Made by a program: the position numbers and the translations under genes. From Carpediemonas membranifera BICM (taxonomy: Eukaryota; Protista; Fornicata): a stretch of DNA of 64,000 nt. The stretch lies in the NCBI GenBank assembly GCA_019828565.1, contig JAHDYR010000053.1:1090272-1154271 (forward strand), read 5' to 3'. The notes under the pieces are model-generated. The model did no database searches, had not been told where the DNA came from, and saw only the letters and a list, made by a program, of their open reading frames with translations. This document shows positions 1 through 14,200 of the stretch, piece after piece. The stretch's first letter is position 1. Each line of letters starts with the position of its first letter.

Positions 1-368
1 CGAGCTCCTCCATGCGGCAAAAGTGCGGCTCGATCTTCACATGCGGGAAGCTCTGTCTGATGCGCTTGGCAGCAACCTCTGCTTTCGATCTTCCGATGTC
101 CGACGTCCTGTGTGAAAGATGGAGGGGGTACGAACGTGAATAGGAACTGCCTGTTTAGGTTAGTGAGATCAATAACGTCTAAATCAATCACATGGATGTT
201 TGTGAAGCCCGAGGCGGCAGCGTCCTTGAGAAGCTCGCAGCCGAGGCCACCGGCGCCCAGTATCAGGATCGGCTGATGAATCAAGGGCGCGTATTCCTCA
301 CCCTGTTCATGTTGCTGCAGATGGCGCGTCATGAACTGCTGGGCGGTGCATCGCTGCTTTATCTTCAT
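1..368 (-). CDS. UBA3: NEDD8-activating enzyme E1 catalytic subunit, 5' part (runs off window start); one 28-nt intron at 108..135
   Basis: Manual translation after splicing gives [74 protein letters not shown], a ThiF/E1 adenylation motif. IHVID and PHF favour UBA3 over UBA2. Not in the ORF track; start codon tentative. Confidence 0.8.
   Translation of the reverse strand, partial: MKIKQRCTAQQFMTRHLQQHEQGEEYAPLIHQPILILGAGGLGCELLKDAAASGFTNIHVIDLDVIDLTNLNRQFLFTFVPPPSFTQDVGHRKIESRGCCQAHQTELPACEDRAALLPHGGA
108..135 (-). other. Spliceosomal intron, 28 nt (UBA3)
   Basis: GTTCGT...TTTCACACAG; removal restores [14 protein letters not shown]. Confidence 0.85.
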
Positions 369-652
369 GCCTTGTGTCGAATGGGGCAGCTTAACCCCGA
401 CAGTCCTGGTCACGTGGCAAGGTCACCCAGCGACAGCTCGGGGTATGTCTAAGGTGCACTCTCGTTCTCGTCGTTCATCTGGCTGTGATGTGGTGGAGAT
501 TCAGGATCGAAAGAAGATAGCAGGTCGAGTCAGTATTACTCGTATTACCAACCATGACAGCTGTCTAGAGCTCTATCTGCGCTCAATTAGCCCGTTCTCG
601 TTGTTTACGTCGCATGTAACAGTCTCGCCAATTGCGACGGACCATTGCATCG

Positions 653-2227
653 ATGTTTGGGCTCCGCGAAAAGGCTGGGATGTCGCAGGCGGTTATCAGC
701 AAGGAGGATGCGGAACGGATTATCTACGAAGCGAGTAAGGATTCGCCCTTCTTCAAGGCGCAGCAGCGAAAGGAGGAAGAACTCAAAGCCCGCTGCGCCC
801 ACGTCGTTCGCAGGGCCGAATCGCTGCTCCCCGTGGAGAAGAGTGGGGCTATACGGCATGCGGAGAGGGAGGTCAAGTCGCTCCTGTCGACGCTGGCCAA
901 GGACGTCAAGGGTGCCCGGTGCTTCATCCACATTGACATGGACGCCTTCTTCGTGCAGGTAGAGGAGCGCGACAACCCATCATTGCGTGGCAAGCCCGTT
1001 GTTGTGGGTCATCCACGTTCCATCATCTCCACGTCCAACTACGAGGCACGAAAGTACCATGTCCGCAGCGCCATGGCCGGTTTCATCGCCAAGAAGCTGT
1101 GTCCAGACCTCATATTTTGTGAGCTGCGGATGAAAGCATATGCGGAGGTCAGCCGGCTGTCAGAGCAGGCGTACGCCGCCGTCGACCCCGGCTACGAGAT
1201 GCATAGCTTGGACGAGGCCTCCTTGGACGCCACAGAGTACCTTGCACGGCACCCTGAGATGACTGCAGACGACGTGTGCGAGCAGATCAGGGCCAAGGTC
1301 TTTGAGCTGACCCAGCTGACCTGTTCAGCCGGGTCCGGGCTATCGAGGCTGGCTGCTAAGATCGCTAGTGATATGAGGAAGCCCAACGGCCAGTTCCCGA
1401 TCGGGCGGTCAGTACATGCCCATGTCTCCTTCTTTGACGGGCTTCCACTGAAGAAGATCACCGGTGTCGGCCAGGTCACCGAGCGTATTCTCGCAGCTTT
1501 AGGTCTAGTAACGTGCAAGGACGTCAGAGACCAGCCGCACCAGCTGGCAGTGCTCCCGCTGGCCTCAAGAGACGGTCTACTGCGCCTCTCTCTCGGCATA
1601 GACAGGCCCCGCCAGCCAGTGCACCGACACAGCATGGGGGTGGAAAGGACCGTATCGGCGACAGTCAACAAGGAGTCTGTGTGGGCGTTCGTTGAGGGTC
1701 TCGCCGGCCAGCTGAAGAGCCGTCTCGATGCAGCGGGGGTTGCTGGCGAGACTATGTGCTTCAAGTGGAAGGACGACAAGTTCAGGTCATTCACACGACA
1801 GGAAAGGATGCCCCAGCAGACCGCAGACCGGGATAAGCTCCTGGACGCCGCGAATAGGCTCCTGGGTAAGGTTCTGGCGGAGACAGATAACTTCACGGCC
1901 AGGCTAATCGGGCTCCAGGTGACGCTGGGGGCAAGCTGTGCAGAGGGTGAGCGGTTGAAGAGCACGCTGGTGGCACAGGCGGGGGGTGTCGCGTGCCCAT
2001 GCTGCGGGCGTCGGTTCGCGAGCGAGCACGACGTTGACGGTCATATTGAGATGTCGGGGTGCGGGCTCGAGAAGAAGCCCAGGACACGGGCTAAGGCCAA
2101 AGCCAAGGCTCCTAAGGCGAAGACGAAGACAGAGCTGAAGGAGAGGCCAGTGAAGCGGGTGGGCAGAGCCAAGCGGGGGCAGACGAGCCTGAAGGACTTC
2201 GCCCCAAAGACATACAACATCGATTGA
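653..2227 (+). CDS. POLK: DNA polymerase kappa (Y-family, DinB) with C-terminal UBZ-like zinc finger
   Basis: N-clasp KAGM...IIYEASKDSPFF; catalytic HIDMDAFF, STSNYEARKYHVRSAM, SLDEASLD; KIASDMRKPNGQ; CPCC..H..C finger. Confidence 0.93.
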   Translation: MFGLREKAGMSQAVISKEDAERIIYEASKDSPFFKAQQRKEEELKARCAHVVRRAESLLPVEKSGAIRHAEREVKSLLSTLAKDVKGARCFIHIDMDAFFVQVEERDNPSLRGKPVVVGHPRSIISTSNYEARKYHVRSAMAGFIAKKLCPDLIFCELRMKAYAEVSRLSEQAYAAVDPGYEMHSLDEASLDATEYLARHPEMTADDVCEQIRAKVFELTQLTCSAGSGLSRLAAKIASDMRKPNGQFPIGRSVHAHVSFFDGLPLKKITGVGQVTERILAALGLVTCKDVRDQPHQLAVLPLASRDGLLRLSLGIDRPRQPVHRHSMGVERTVSATVNKESVWAFVEGLAGQLKSRLDAAGVAGETMCFKWKDDKFRSFTRQERMPQQTADRDKLLDAANRLLGKVLAETDNFTARLIGLQVTLGASCAEGERLKSTLVAQAGGVACPCCGRRFASEHDVDGHIEMSGCGLEKKPRTRAKAKAKAPKAKTKTELKERPVKRVGRAKRGQTSLKDFAPKTYNID

Positions 2228-2292
2228 CGAGCAGCAGTCTTAGTGAACTGTAAAGTTTAATCCGCGATATGTAATTATGTAATTCAATGTGA

Positions 2293-5200
2293 TTACCCCG
2301 ACTTTGGTGACGGAGGTGCGATAGGAGGTAGCATGGGCATCTGAAGCTTGGGTGCACCCGTCTTCACTGCAGAGGAGGGCAGCTGGCCTGGTTTCAGTTG
2401 CCTTAGCTTTGTCCAGTCGCCCTTTGGGGTATCCGGCGGGGGAGAAAGCGGCTTCGACGGCAGAGGCGAGGGCGACACATCAGAAGGGCCGCCATTGGGG
2501 ACGATGGGGAGCTTTGGGAGCATGCCAGCGGGCGCGGCGGCTATCGGAGAGGGTGACAGGGGCACGCCGATGCGGGGCAGGGCAGATGGGGGCGTGGGCT
2601 TCGCCACAGCGTTGATGGGCACGGCGTTCGGCATGGATGGCAGAGCCGGGAGATGGGAGGGGGGCAGCACGCGCGGGGTGGCTGCGGGGACATCTGGTGT
2701 AGCCGGATCGACGTCCATGGCGGACTGGACGGTTTTGCCCTTCTTCATCGATATGAATAGGAAAACACCGGCGGCGTCCACGGCAACGAAGGCACCACCA
2801 CCGACGAGGACGGCAGCGATGGCGATGCAGCAGCAGAACGACACGAGTAGCAGCAGGAGGAGGACGATTACAACAGCGACGATGGCCCCCGAGGAGGATG
2901 ACCCGCCATCAATGGGATCAGTCACCAGGGGCGTCACTGAGACGAACAGCTCGCCAGAGTAGAATGCCGCGACCTTGAACCCGCCCGTCGTCATGGTGAA
3001 CACTGCGTCGACGGTGGGGACAGAAGAGGCAGTCGCCATGGCTACACAGACGTCGCCATCCTGCAGGAAGAGAGACTCTGCGGGCTGCGTGACGTCATCA
3101 ACGACGAGGGTGACGCCAGTCGTGTCAGTAAAGTCGACCTCCGCGACACCGACGCAAAGCACAACGCTGGTGCCACTGGCGACGTCGCTGAACGATGGCG
3201 TGAAGTCGGTGTGAAGCTCCGTCCCGGTGACGGGCTTGTCGGTCACACAGAGCACCTCGCTGCCGACAATCCTCACTGCCGTCAGGGCCTCTGTATAGGG
3301 CCCCAGCGTCATGGAAGCGGGGCAAATAGTACTGATCACGATGCCCTCGAGAGAGCCGGAACCCAAAGAGACCGTGGGAGAGCCGATCTCGAGATCGGAT
3401 TCGACTGAAAGAGTGTGAGAGCTGGAGCCACCCGAGGTCTCTACTTCTAGACTGTAGTTGCCGGAGACGACGGTGTGGTTGGCCGTCAGGGGCACGATTA
3501 CGGTCTTGCCGGTGTCGGGGTCACTTACAAGCATGCAAGTGAGTGATTCAAACGTTGCCGATGTCACTGGTTCGTCGATGATGACGGCATCGGTGTTGTT
3601 GCTGACGGTACGGCTGCAGCCAGAGTAGGCCCCGTCAGAGGGGGTGAGCCAGCCGCTGGGGCAGGTGAGGCAGCCGCTGGCACCCGTCACAGGGCTGTAC
3701 TTGCCGCTGTTGCAGGGCAGAGCAGATGTCTTGCCCGTGATGTCGGCTGGAACGTAGTAGCCGCGGTCGGCCTCGAAGCAGGCGGTGGCGGCGCTGGTGT
3801 TGGAGAAGAAGCCGCCGTTGCACATGAAGCAGCTCGCCTGGCCGGTCTCGTTCTGAGCAGTGCCTGGCGTGCAGCTCTCCTGTGTAACATGCTGCCCGCT
3901 GTCGGCAGGCACATAGTGGCCCTCATCCGCCTGGGAGCAGCTCGTCGCGCCATCGGAGCTGGAATAATTGCCGTTGTTGCAGGCATAGCAGCTGGCCTGA
4001 CCGGTCAGGTGCTGCGCGGTGCCGGCCGAGCACTGGACGGCAGCACTGTGATCGCCGACGCCATGGGAGCCCGCGGGGATCGTCGTGCAGGATGACGCAC
4101 CAGCAGCAGCGTACTCGGTGGCGGCGCAGTCGGTGCATTGGCTCGCACCATCCGCGCTGGTCTGCCCGGCCAGACAGGTGCTGAACGTCTCGTGAGGTTC
4201 GTCGACGTTGGGGACGTAGTGGCCAGCGGTGGCGTTCAGACACTCAGATCGGCCTGGTGTATCGCTGTAGCTGCCGTTGAAGCAGTTCTGGCACGTCAGC
4301 TGGCCCGTGTACGGGTTGGCTGTTCCCGCTGCACAGGCCGTGCATTGATAGAAGGACGCGATCGCCCGGCCGGCGCTACAGTTGGGCGGGTTGACGATGT
4401 AGACGAGGCCCGCGTCGGTCTCGGGGTCGGACCAGACGAGACCAAACGAGCTGACAGCAACACTAGTACCGAATGAAGCGCTGAATGACCCTGTGTGCAC
4501 GAACTGCGTCGCCTGTGTGAAGCCCGTGCCCTTGGTCCAGAGGTAGACGCGACCCCGGGCGGATGAGGTGACCGCTAGGTAGCCATCACCAATACCGATG
4601 GCAGTGCCAATCGCCTCGTCGGCATCGGGGTCCCAAGATGCGAGGCTGTCCCCATTGGACTGGGCGATGGCGTCGTAGACAGCGATGCTGCCAGCGTTGG
4701 CGTCTGATCCAACCGTGTAGGTCGGCCCAGCAGCAGCAACGGTCTCACCGCTCACAGCGAATGGCGCACCGACGTCTGCGACAGTGAGCGTGGGGTTCGG
4801 GGCCGCGCTGACAGACCCCGCCGTGTATGCGAGGACGGGATCCTGACTGCTGTCGTCGTGTCCAACGAGGATGATGGCAGTCGACCCGTCATCAGCGATG
4901 CCGACGTGCTTGCCGAAACCAGACATGGTGGCTATGACGATGGCACTGTTGGACGTGGCCGTCTGAACCCAGCCGCCAGTCTCAGTGGCGTTCTCGAAGA
5001 CGTAGAAGGCGCCGTGGCCAGAGACAGCACCGCTGGTGCTGTCAGGCACGCCCACAACGACCAGGCCGCTGTCACTAACGGCGATGGCGGTGCCAAAGGC
5101 GTTGGAGTCGTGGGGAACGCTGGTTGGTGTGATCTGCTGGAATGTGCCGAATGTCGTCGAGCTTCGGGGTGCGGCCTCGACGTAGTTGCTGTGGCCTCCA

Positions 5201-8200
5201 GTGCTGACGACGATCCAGGCGCTGCTGAGTGCGATCTTTGCGCCCCAATGGTCATGGTCGGCTGCAGGGGTGACCAAACCAGCGAACGCCCAGGTCGCGG
5301 CACTGAACTCGTACTTGGCGATGGCACCGACGTTCGTGGCATCAGGGTAGACTGACGCGAGGATCAGGTCGCCCTCAGCAGCAACGGCCACCCCGAAGTC
5401 GTGGGGGGCGCTAAGGCTTGGGTCCGGGGCGAGGGTGAGGACGGCGTAGTCAGTATCACACGATGCCTGCCCGGTAAGGGTCTGGCTCGCCCCGATGCCG
5501 CAGGGGAGCTCGGTCGTGCTGCCCTCCAGTGGGACGTAGTGGTCTGTGGTCGCCTCAGTGCAGTCGGCCAGTCCCCCAGTGGCAGCAAAGGAACCGGCTG
5601 CGCAGAGCTCGCATGACGTCTGGCCAGTCAGGCTCTGGTGTTCACCAGACGGGCACGTCTCCTGACTGGTGTGCGGCTGGGCGTCGGCGGGCACATAATG
5701 GCCGGCAGAGGCGGGGGTGCAAGCAGTGGCCCCGTCGCTGGAGCTGTAGTGACCAGCAGTGCACGTCTCGATCGCCGTGGGGGCATCGGGGTCGACCACT
5801 GCATAGCCTGCCGTCGCCGTGATGCAGCTCGTCTGGCCCTCGTCATGCTGGTACTGCCCTGCCGGACACAACGTCTGTGTCGCGTGGGGCTGACCGTCGT
5901 TGGGGACGAAGTAGCCTGAACTGGCGGGGATGCACTCGCTGCTCCCGGCAAGGCTGTAGTAACCGGGGTCGCACGGCGTACAGAAGAAGGGCGACCCGTT
6001 AAACACTGAGCCGGATGGGCAATCGGCGCAACTGTGCCATGTATCGGCGTACTGGCCAGCGGGGCAGTTATACGAGGACCAGACGAAGATACGACCGGTC
6101 TGGCCATCGCTGGGGGTCGCCGCGATAATTGCGTTGGCAGTCATCGCTACTGTCGACCCGAGGTTACCCGATGCGACCTGGTCGGTGTCGGCCGGCTGGA
6201 TGTAGAAGGACTCGGCCCAGTAGCGGGGGTACTCTTCAGTGTAGATGTAGACCGCCCCTGTGCTTGCTGGTAAGGCGCCCGGGTCAAACTGAGGCACACC
6301 CGCGGCAGCGTAGCCATTGGCCATGCCGACAGACATACCAAGGTCGATGTCAGAGGCGGCGGCGAAGCTAGGGATAATAGAGTCGACCCAACCCGCCGTT
6401 GAGCGCTCGAAGCTGTACACGGCGCCGAACGAGTCTGAGGGCGCGCCGACTGTCAGGAACCCGTCAGCCATGGCGACGGACTGACCGAAGAGCGTGTTGT
6501 CAGTGCCAGGTAGGGGGGTAACCGAGGCCCAGCCCGAAGAGAAGGTGTGTGTGGATACTCCGCAGTTGACGCCGGTGCTGGCATCACCAGGGCACCCGAG
6601 GGCAAGGCTGAGGCCGCACTGCTGGAAGGCACTGTTGCCGATGAAGGCGCTGAACGTCCAAGTAGGGTATGTGCCAGCCGACGGCGTGTAGATCACAGCA
6701 CCGCCGGCACCGGCAACGGCAGAGAACGTCGAGGCGGGTGCGCCGACGACGAGGAAGGACGATGACGCGGCCAACGCGGTGCCGAAGCCCGAGGCCCCCG
6801 CCTGGTCTGCCGCGGTGATCGTCTGCGAGTAGCTGAAGACAGCACCGTCTCTATTGTAGATGTACACGACGCCGTCGGTGTCATGGCTGGGTGATCCGAC
6901 GAACAACTGCATGTTCGTTGTTGCCAGGGCTGTGCCGCACCTGTCGCCGGCCACAGAGTCGCCAATGACGAGGGTCTGCTCGAGATCGAAGGCCAGCATG
7001 GTCGGGTTGAACTGATAAACGTACACACGACCCATGTCGGGGGCAGCGGAGGCGTCTGGCACGGCTGGAGCTCCTACAACAATGACGTCGTCGACAATCA
7101 CAACGGCCATACCAAAGTCGTTTGCGGTGTATGTGATGGCCGCCGGGGGCTCGACTGGGACGTACTGAAGGGAGGAGACGCACTGGCCGCCAGAGTTGGT
7201 TCGGACCACAGTTTGGTCAGCACTGCACGTGACACAGGTAAGGGAGCCGGCGGTCGAGTATGAGTCACTGGGACACGCGGTACAGCTGTGCCAGTCGGAC
7301 CCGTAGTAGTTGGCGGGACAGTCGGTCTTGGCCAAGATAAAGATGCGGCCGGTGCTGCCAGTGTCTGGAGCACCAAAGACCACTGCCCTATCAGACGCTA
7401 TTGATGACCCAAACAGCGTTACGGCGTCGTAATCTGGGGCAATGGGGGTGAGGTGGCTGCCGGACTCAAGGTCGAAGGTGTAGGCCAGGCCGCCGTCAGG
7501 CACGCTCGTCGTCGTCGTCGCCGTGGTGATGTCGGCGTAGGGCGCGGCAGCGAAGAGCGCGGATCCCGTGACGACGATGCTGGTGCCGACCTCCTCGCTG
7601 GCGGTCGGTGTTAGGGCGAGCATGCGCTTGTCGATTGCCCACGTGGTGTCAGCGGGGGAGTAGACGTAGCGGGCGACAGCACCCGTGTTGCTGACATCCA
7701 CAGTGCCAGCCGTATGGGTGTAGAGGGCGTAGCCGACAAACAGGGTCGCCCCATCCTCCAGCGCCAGGGCACGCCCGAACTCTTCGCCCGCAGCCGGTGG
7801 GTCGAATGTCAGCGTCTGGTCGGGTGTCACGGGCCAGGCCGAGTTGAACCGATACACCGCGACGATGCCAGGCTTGGCGTGGTCAGTAGTGGAGGGGGCG
7901 CCGACGGCCAGCACTGTGCCGCTCAGGGCGAGGCTGAGACCGAACTCAGCACCGTTGGTGTCGTCCGGGCACGCGATGTCGGTGTCAGGCTGCCAGACGT
8001 CGTCGGCGTCGAGGACATACACCGTGACCGACCCAGTTCCCTCGCTCGGCCATGCAACGACAAGGGTGCCGCCGTCCAGTGCGAGTGTCTTTCCGAACTC
8101 GCCGCCTGTCGTCCCGCGACTCGTGATGACTTGAGGTGAGTCGGAAAAGAAAGTGCCGAATCGAAGCACAGCGAGGACGGAACCAGACTCCGAGGAGATG

Positions 8201-11200
8201 CCCGGAGCCCCTGCGATGACCCAGCGGTCGTCCATGACTATCGCAGAACCGAGCAGGTTTGTGCCGATCGACGAGCTGTGCGTGTCGACGAGAGTCCAGC
8301 TTGACGCCGCGTATTGCAGCAGCTGAAGCTTGCCGGTGCCATCACCGGGGGATCCAACGACAATGAAGTGCTCGAACGAGGCCAGACCCGCGCCGAACGC
8401 ATATCCTGAAGCCGCCCCGGCTGGATCATCCGTCGATACCATGGGGGGGAAGGTGGCATCGCAGCCGTCGTTGGTGGGGTTGACAGCATAGCCGGTGGGG
8501 CATGTGCGACACTCGAGGGAGTGGGCCTCGGAGTACGTACCGGCCGGGCAGGTGGCGCATGTGAACCAGCTAGAGGCATACTGCATTGCCCCGCAGTCGG
8601 GTGTCAGGAAAAATACCCGACCCTCGTTGGTGGGGGCAGTCGCATAGGCGTCGCCCGGTGCTGCTGAGATGATGGCCTCGCTGCAGACGCCGAGGTGGGA
8701 CCCAAGTGCGGCGTGGGCCTCGGGGACGGGGGCGAGGATGGCGTATACGTCGGTCACAGAACCGGGGCTGACGACGAACGACCGGATGATGCCTGCCCCA
8801 CTCACGGTGTCGGTGGAGTATCCGGGGCCGCCGACGAGGAGGGTAGAACCGTCGATGTGGACAGCCGCGCCAAACCGCTCGAGGTTGGTGAAGCCCTCTA
8901 TCTGGTGCAGCAGAGTCCAAACGCCCGAGGTCTCTGTGAAGAGGAAAACGGCGCCGTTGGCAGTGTCAGAGAAGAATAGCTCAGCACCCACAGCGACGGT
9001 GATGCCATCAGTGCTGACTGCGGACCCAAACCGGTCACCGGACGCGAGGACAGCCAGAGAGGAGAGCACAGTAGCGGTCCACGACCCGTCGTTCGTGAAC
9101 AGCAGGGCCGTGCCGGTTGTAGTCCCGACAGACGCAGAGGGGTCGCCGATGATGACCCAGCCGGCCTCATCACTGACGGCAATAGCCGAGGCCCACTCAG
9201 AAGACACAGCGACGGCCCCAGGAGGGCTGAGCGTCGTGTTCAGGGTCCACGTAATGCCGACCTTCGCGAATACTGCTGCATCAGTGGCCGTGGATACAAC
9301 CAAGGTCTGCTCGGTCGCCTCGAGTTGGCAGCCCCAGCAAGAGCCAGGACCTGGGCGATGGTGAAGTGGGCGCCGTCCCTGTCGAAGATGGCGACACCGG
9401 AGCCGAGGTCTACTGCGAACAGGGCTGACTGAGTGAGGGCCAGGCCGCCACAGAAGGCGGTCGCCGCACCAATGCCAGCGTCAGTGGCTGTGATTGTGTG
9501 GAGCTGAGACCAGGCCCCCCCGTCCATGGTGAAGATGCGGGCCTCGTTGGCATCCGGGGCGGTTACGACCATGGTCGCGCCGTCGATCACGGCGCGGGCT
9601 GCGAAGGACTCAGCGGTGGCCGCGGGATTGTGGTAGACGGAGACCTCGAAGCTGTCAGTGCAGCCGTTCCTGAGGCTATTGACCACTGATCCGGCAGGGC
9701 ACGTGGTGCACTGCATTGCCCCAGCCAGACTGTAGGAGTTCGAGGGGCAGGCCGCGCAAGTGAGCCACGAAGTCGGGGAGTACATGGCGCTGCAGTCGGC
9801 GGTGATGACGTATGCCGCGCCCTGGCCATCGTCGCCAGCATTAGGGGCGGGCACGGCGATGTACTTCTCGGTCTGACGGACGGAGGAGGCGAACTTGTCA
9901 CCAGTCACGAGGCCCTTGGCGACGATGGAGCTGAGGAACGCCCAGGTTGTACCAATCAGCTGGTACATGTGGAGAACACCCGTATCGTCGTCCTCGGCAC
10001 CGATCGCGAGGTACTTGTTTCTAAGGCCGACAGAGGACCCGTATCGCACGGACGACAGCTCGTTCATGGGGCTGAGTGTCGTCTCGGTGTAGGACTGGGT
10101 GCCCGGGTCATACTCATAGACGTACGCCTTGCCGCTAGTGTATCCGGGGTTGACCTGGTGGTCCGGTCCACCGACCACGAGATAGTCGCCCTCGTCGTCA
10201 GAGGCCACGTCATGTCCAAAGGACTCGGTCCCAGTGGTGGCGGGGTGCCCGTTCAGCACCTGGCTTAGCATCCAGCCCGAGTTGTCCTTCATGACATAAA
10301 CTGCACCGACTCCACTCGAGGCGCCGGGAGCACCGACAGCGATGAAGGTGCCGTGTATGGCGACGGCGTATCCGAACTTGTCTCCGGACGAGCCCGGTGT
10401 CGCCACGATCTCCTCAGTGGCCCAGTCGACATCGGAGAAGACGAAGAGCTTGTCGGTGGCCGAGGCTCCCACGGCGATGAAGTCTGGGCCAATGGCGACG
10501 GACTTGATAGTGGCGCCGAACCCATCCGACGCTGCAGCAGACGAAGACACTGTGGTGTAGGGGCCAATGGTGTCGCCCGTTCTTATGGCAACGACGAGTG
10601 AGGCCGCACCCGGCACGGAGGCGACGAGGAGGTCGTCAGTGAGGTCCACGGCGGACCCCAGGAGACCAGCGGGGAGGCCGAGGCCCGGGTGGACGGCCTC
10701 AGTCCAGGATGCTCCAGCAATGGCGAAGATGGATAGCTGGCCATCGTCCGTGGCCGAGTCGGAGTCAAACTCTGGAAGACCAAGCACCGCGACGTTGCCG
10801 AAAGCACCAAGTGCACCTGAGTAGTCGCCGACGAGAGTGTCTGCGGGGAGCAGTTCTTTGGCGATGAAGGACTCGACGCATCCCGACTGGTCCGGCAGGA
10901 TCCTGGTGCTGAGACCGCAAGTCGAGCAAGACTCCGAGTCTGCCGCGGCGTACTGGCCAGCAGGACATGGGGTGCATGAGTGCCACGTGAGAGGGAACTC
11001 GCCGCTGGGGCATGAAGCGGTGAAGATGTCCGCGGTGCCGGCGTCTGGGCTGCCGACGACCAAGGTCAGCGGTGTGCCGCTGATGGACGCACCGAAATGG
11101 CCGCCGGTGGAGGGGGTCGAGGGCTCAATGACGAGATCCTCGGACCATCCGTCGTCGGCGTGCTTGCTGAAGAGGTAGATGGCTCCAGCGCTAGTGGCAG

Positions 11201-14200
11201 AGGCGGAGTAATCGGGTGCTCCTACGGTAATGAAGGTCTCTCCAACGTGGACAGCACGACCAAACGACGCGCCCTCCGCGGGTACGAACGGGCTTACGGT
11301 CGTGGCATACTTCCAGCTCGCGCCCTTCTCGTAGATGGAGACGGCACCGACGATGCCGAAGCCCTCGATAACATAACCGGGCGCCCCGACGACGAGAACG
11401 TCGTGGGCGACAGAGATGGCTGTGCCAGACGCCACTGCCGTGTGGAACGAGTGGTCGACGAGCTCACCCTGAACGAAGCCACCGGCCCCGTCGTCGTAGA
11501 AGACGAGGACACCGCCGAAAGTGTCGAAGCCGGGGGCACCGGCAAACACGTCGCCCTCGTAGACGGCTACGCTGGTACCGAGGGCGTCAGTGGCGGATGC
11601 ACCCGAGAAGTTGTCGTCGAGCGTCCAGGTTGTGGCGTGCTTATAGATGTAGACGCCGCCGTTACCACCCAGCAAACCTGGCGCACCAACAGCAAGCAGG
11701 TCGCCGTCAACGGCAAGGGCGTGACCATAGTCGCTGCCGCTCGTGGCGTCGGCGTCCAGCGTCTGCGAGTGAGAAACGGTCAGGCCGGCCCTGACGAAGA
11801 TGCACACGGCACCGTCGCCCGCGTCAGAGGCCACTGCGAGCCACGTGCTGGACAAGGCCATTGTGTGCCCGAACGCCGCGCTGGCTACAGGTGAGGGCTG
11901 CTCGGCGTCGTAGTACTGCGTCCAAACATGTGAGCTGACTCTGCCGATGAGGGCTTGGCCCGCAGCTGTGACGCTGCCGGTGGAGTCGGCGGTTGGTTCA
12001 GTGATGATGACGACGTCGCCGAAGGCCCCGACAGCGGTGCCGAAGCCGGAGCCATGGACGGCAGTCTCAGTCTGCTCGAAGACGGTGGAGCATGCAAGCT
12101 GGTCAGACGATATGTTGGCGTACGGAGGGCACCAGGCACATGACGCCCAGCTGGCGCTGTAGTAGCCGGGGACACACCGCATCGTGGCGATCAGGGCGCT
12201 GGACTGCGTCGACGCGGACTCCTCTGCGCTGCCGATGCCGATGGAGTGGGAGTTGACCGAAACGTCGTGACCGAAGTGGCGGCCGGCACGAGCGTAGTGG
12301 GGGAGGATGTAGTCGATTCTGGCCCCCAGCACGGACCCGTCGAACGTAGCGAAGGACACTGCGCCGTGGTGGGCGTGGCTGACATACTCTGTCTTATCCT
12401 GCACGCCAATTGCGATGGAGGACATGTATGCGGCAAGTGCGGAGGCGTAAGCGTTGTCCTCGGGCTCAGCCTGCGTGTAGGTGTTCGTGGCCGCGGTGAA
12501 CTGAGTCCCAAGTGACTCGTAGAAGAGGGAAAGCTGGCCTTGACCGGTGTTTGCCTCGGGAGCACCGACAAAGAGGGTCTTCGCGGTGCCGTTTACCGCA
12601 CCGGCAACTGAGTAGCCATAGGCGTCCGCGGATGAGCCTGAGATCTGAACTGGAGTGGGCAGAGCGTCGCCCACGGTCGCCGAGAAGGGGTGGAGCGACC
12701 ATACAGCCCCCATGGTTGGTGCGCCGACGATGAGCTCGTCGTCGATGAAGACAAGGTCGAGACCGAAGCCGTTGTCCGCATCCGAGGTGGTTGCCGAAAC
12801 GGTCGCCTTTCCAAACCATTCCCCGTCCGCGAGGTAGTAGACGAGCACGCGGCCAGTGAAAGGGGAGGCCTTGAGAGAGCATCCAACAGCCATGTAGCTG
12901 TCAGACGGACCGCCGATGGCGATGGCCCGGCCGTAGCTCTCGTATGCACCCGACAGATCCTGGAGCTGCCCGTGGTACTCAAAGTACTTGCGGTACCGTT
13001 CGTAAACAAAGACGCTTCCGGTAGCAGTGGCTGGGTCGCCATCGACGGTGCGGTGGGCAGGCGCCCCGACCGCGAGCCAGGCATCTGTCATCGCCATCGA
13101 GAACCCGAACAGTGCGCCTGTGTGGGCGATCGGTTCGGGTCTGGTGATTGTGTCGTGCAAGCTCCAGCTCCTGCCGTCGTACGTGTATATCGCGACGATA
13201 CCGAAGCCCACCGCATTGGGGTGACCGACGAGGAAAACATGATCGCCCAGCAGGACGGTCGACCCGAACAAGTTGTCGGACTCGTCAGCGTCGAGTGGGT
13301 CAGCGAGCTCGCTGATGTGGGCGGCCAGATCGAAGCCCATACCGTCCTCCCGCATGACCTGGTACGAGGGCAGGCTCTTGCAGTAAGTATCGGTGACGCC
13401 GCTGTAGCTTCCATCACCGCATGGGGCGCACGTGTATCGCGAGTCCGACCACTCGCCGCTGGGGCAGTGTTGAACGGCCTCGTAGTGGTAGTAGACGGCG
13501 CCGGCCACAGAGGTAGTGTCGGCCATGGTGAAGAGACCGCCGTCGACAGTGACAGAGCCAGTGTCACCAAGCGATGTGGTCGGGATTGTGACATCCTCGG
13601 TGCTGGTCCACGTGGCGTTCCCAGGGAAGTATGTCGCGTACTGGGCGATGGTGGTCCCACTCTCTACACCCACGATGGCGGTGTTGTCCTTGACGAAGCA
13701 CGACTTGCCGCCGGACTCCAGTTCAAAGACCTGCTTGAACGCCGCGTTGCCGGGGACGTAGTCGCGGATGAAGATGTAGAAGGAGCCACTGTTCTTGTCG
13801 CCGATAGCCGTCAGGAGCTCACCGTTCATTGACAGGGCGATGCCGGTTCCAGTATTCTTCCCTCCGTATGCTATACTGTCCAATGTAAACGACGACACGC
13901 CAGTGGCTGCCTCTACCGTGACCCTGAAGATGACGAGGGCGCCGCAGTGTGGCTGGGACGGAGTGTCATTGCTTACGGCATCAAAAGCTCCGACAACAGC
14001 GAAGTCACCTGAGACTGCAACGGAATGACCGTACATCTTATTGGTGGGGGTGTAGCCGTTGGCGTCATTGTCGAGCACGCTGAACAGCGTCCAGTCGCCG
14101 ACGGTGTAGATGAACGCCTTCTCGGCCCCAGACGCGCCGTCAGTGCCGACGATGAGGTAGTCTTCGCTGATGTCCATGGAGTACCCAAAGTCTAGCACAG

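Noticed and set aside
9325-9340. Programmed frameshifting at GCTGGGGC (also needed at ~21695-21702)
   Set aside because: The same motif occurs in an intact ORF (about 19184-19191), and other breaks sit in G/C homopolymers; sequencing indels are more parsimonious.
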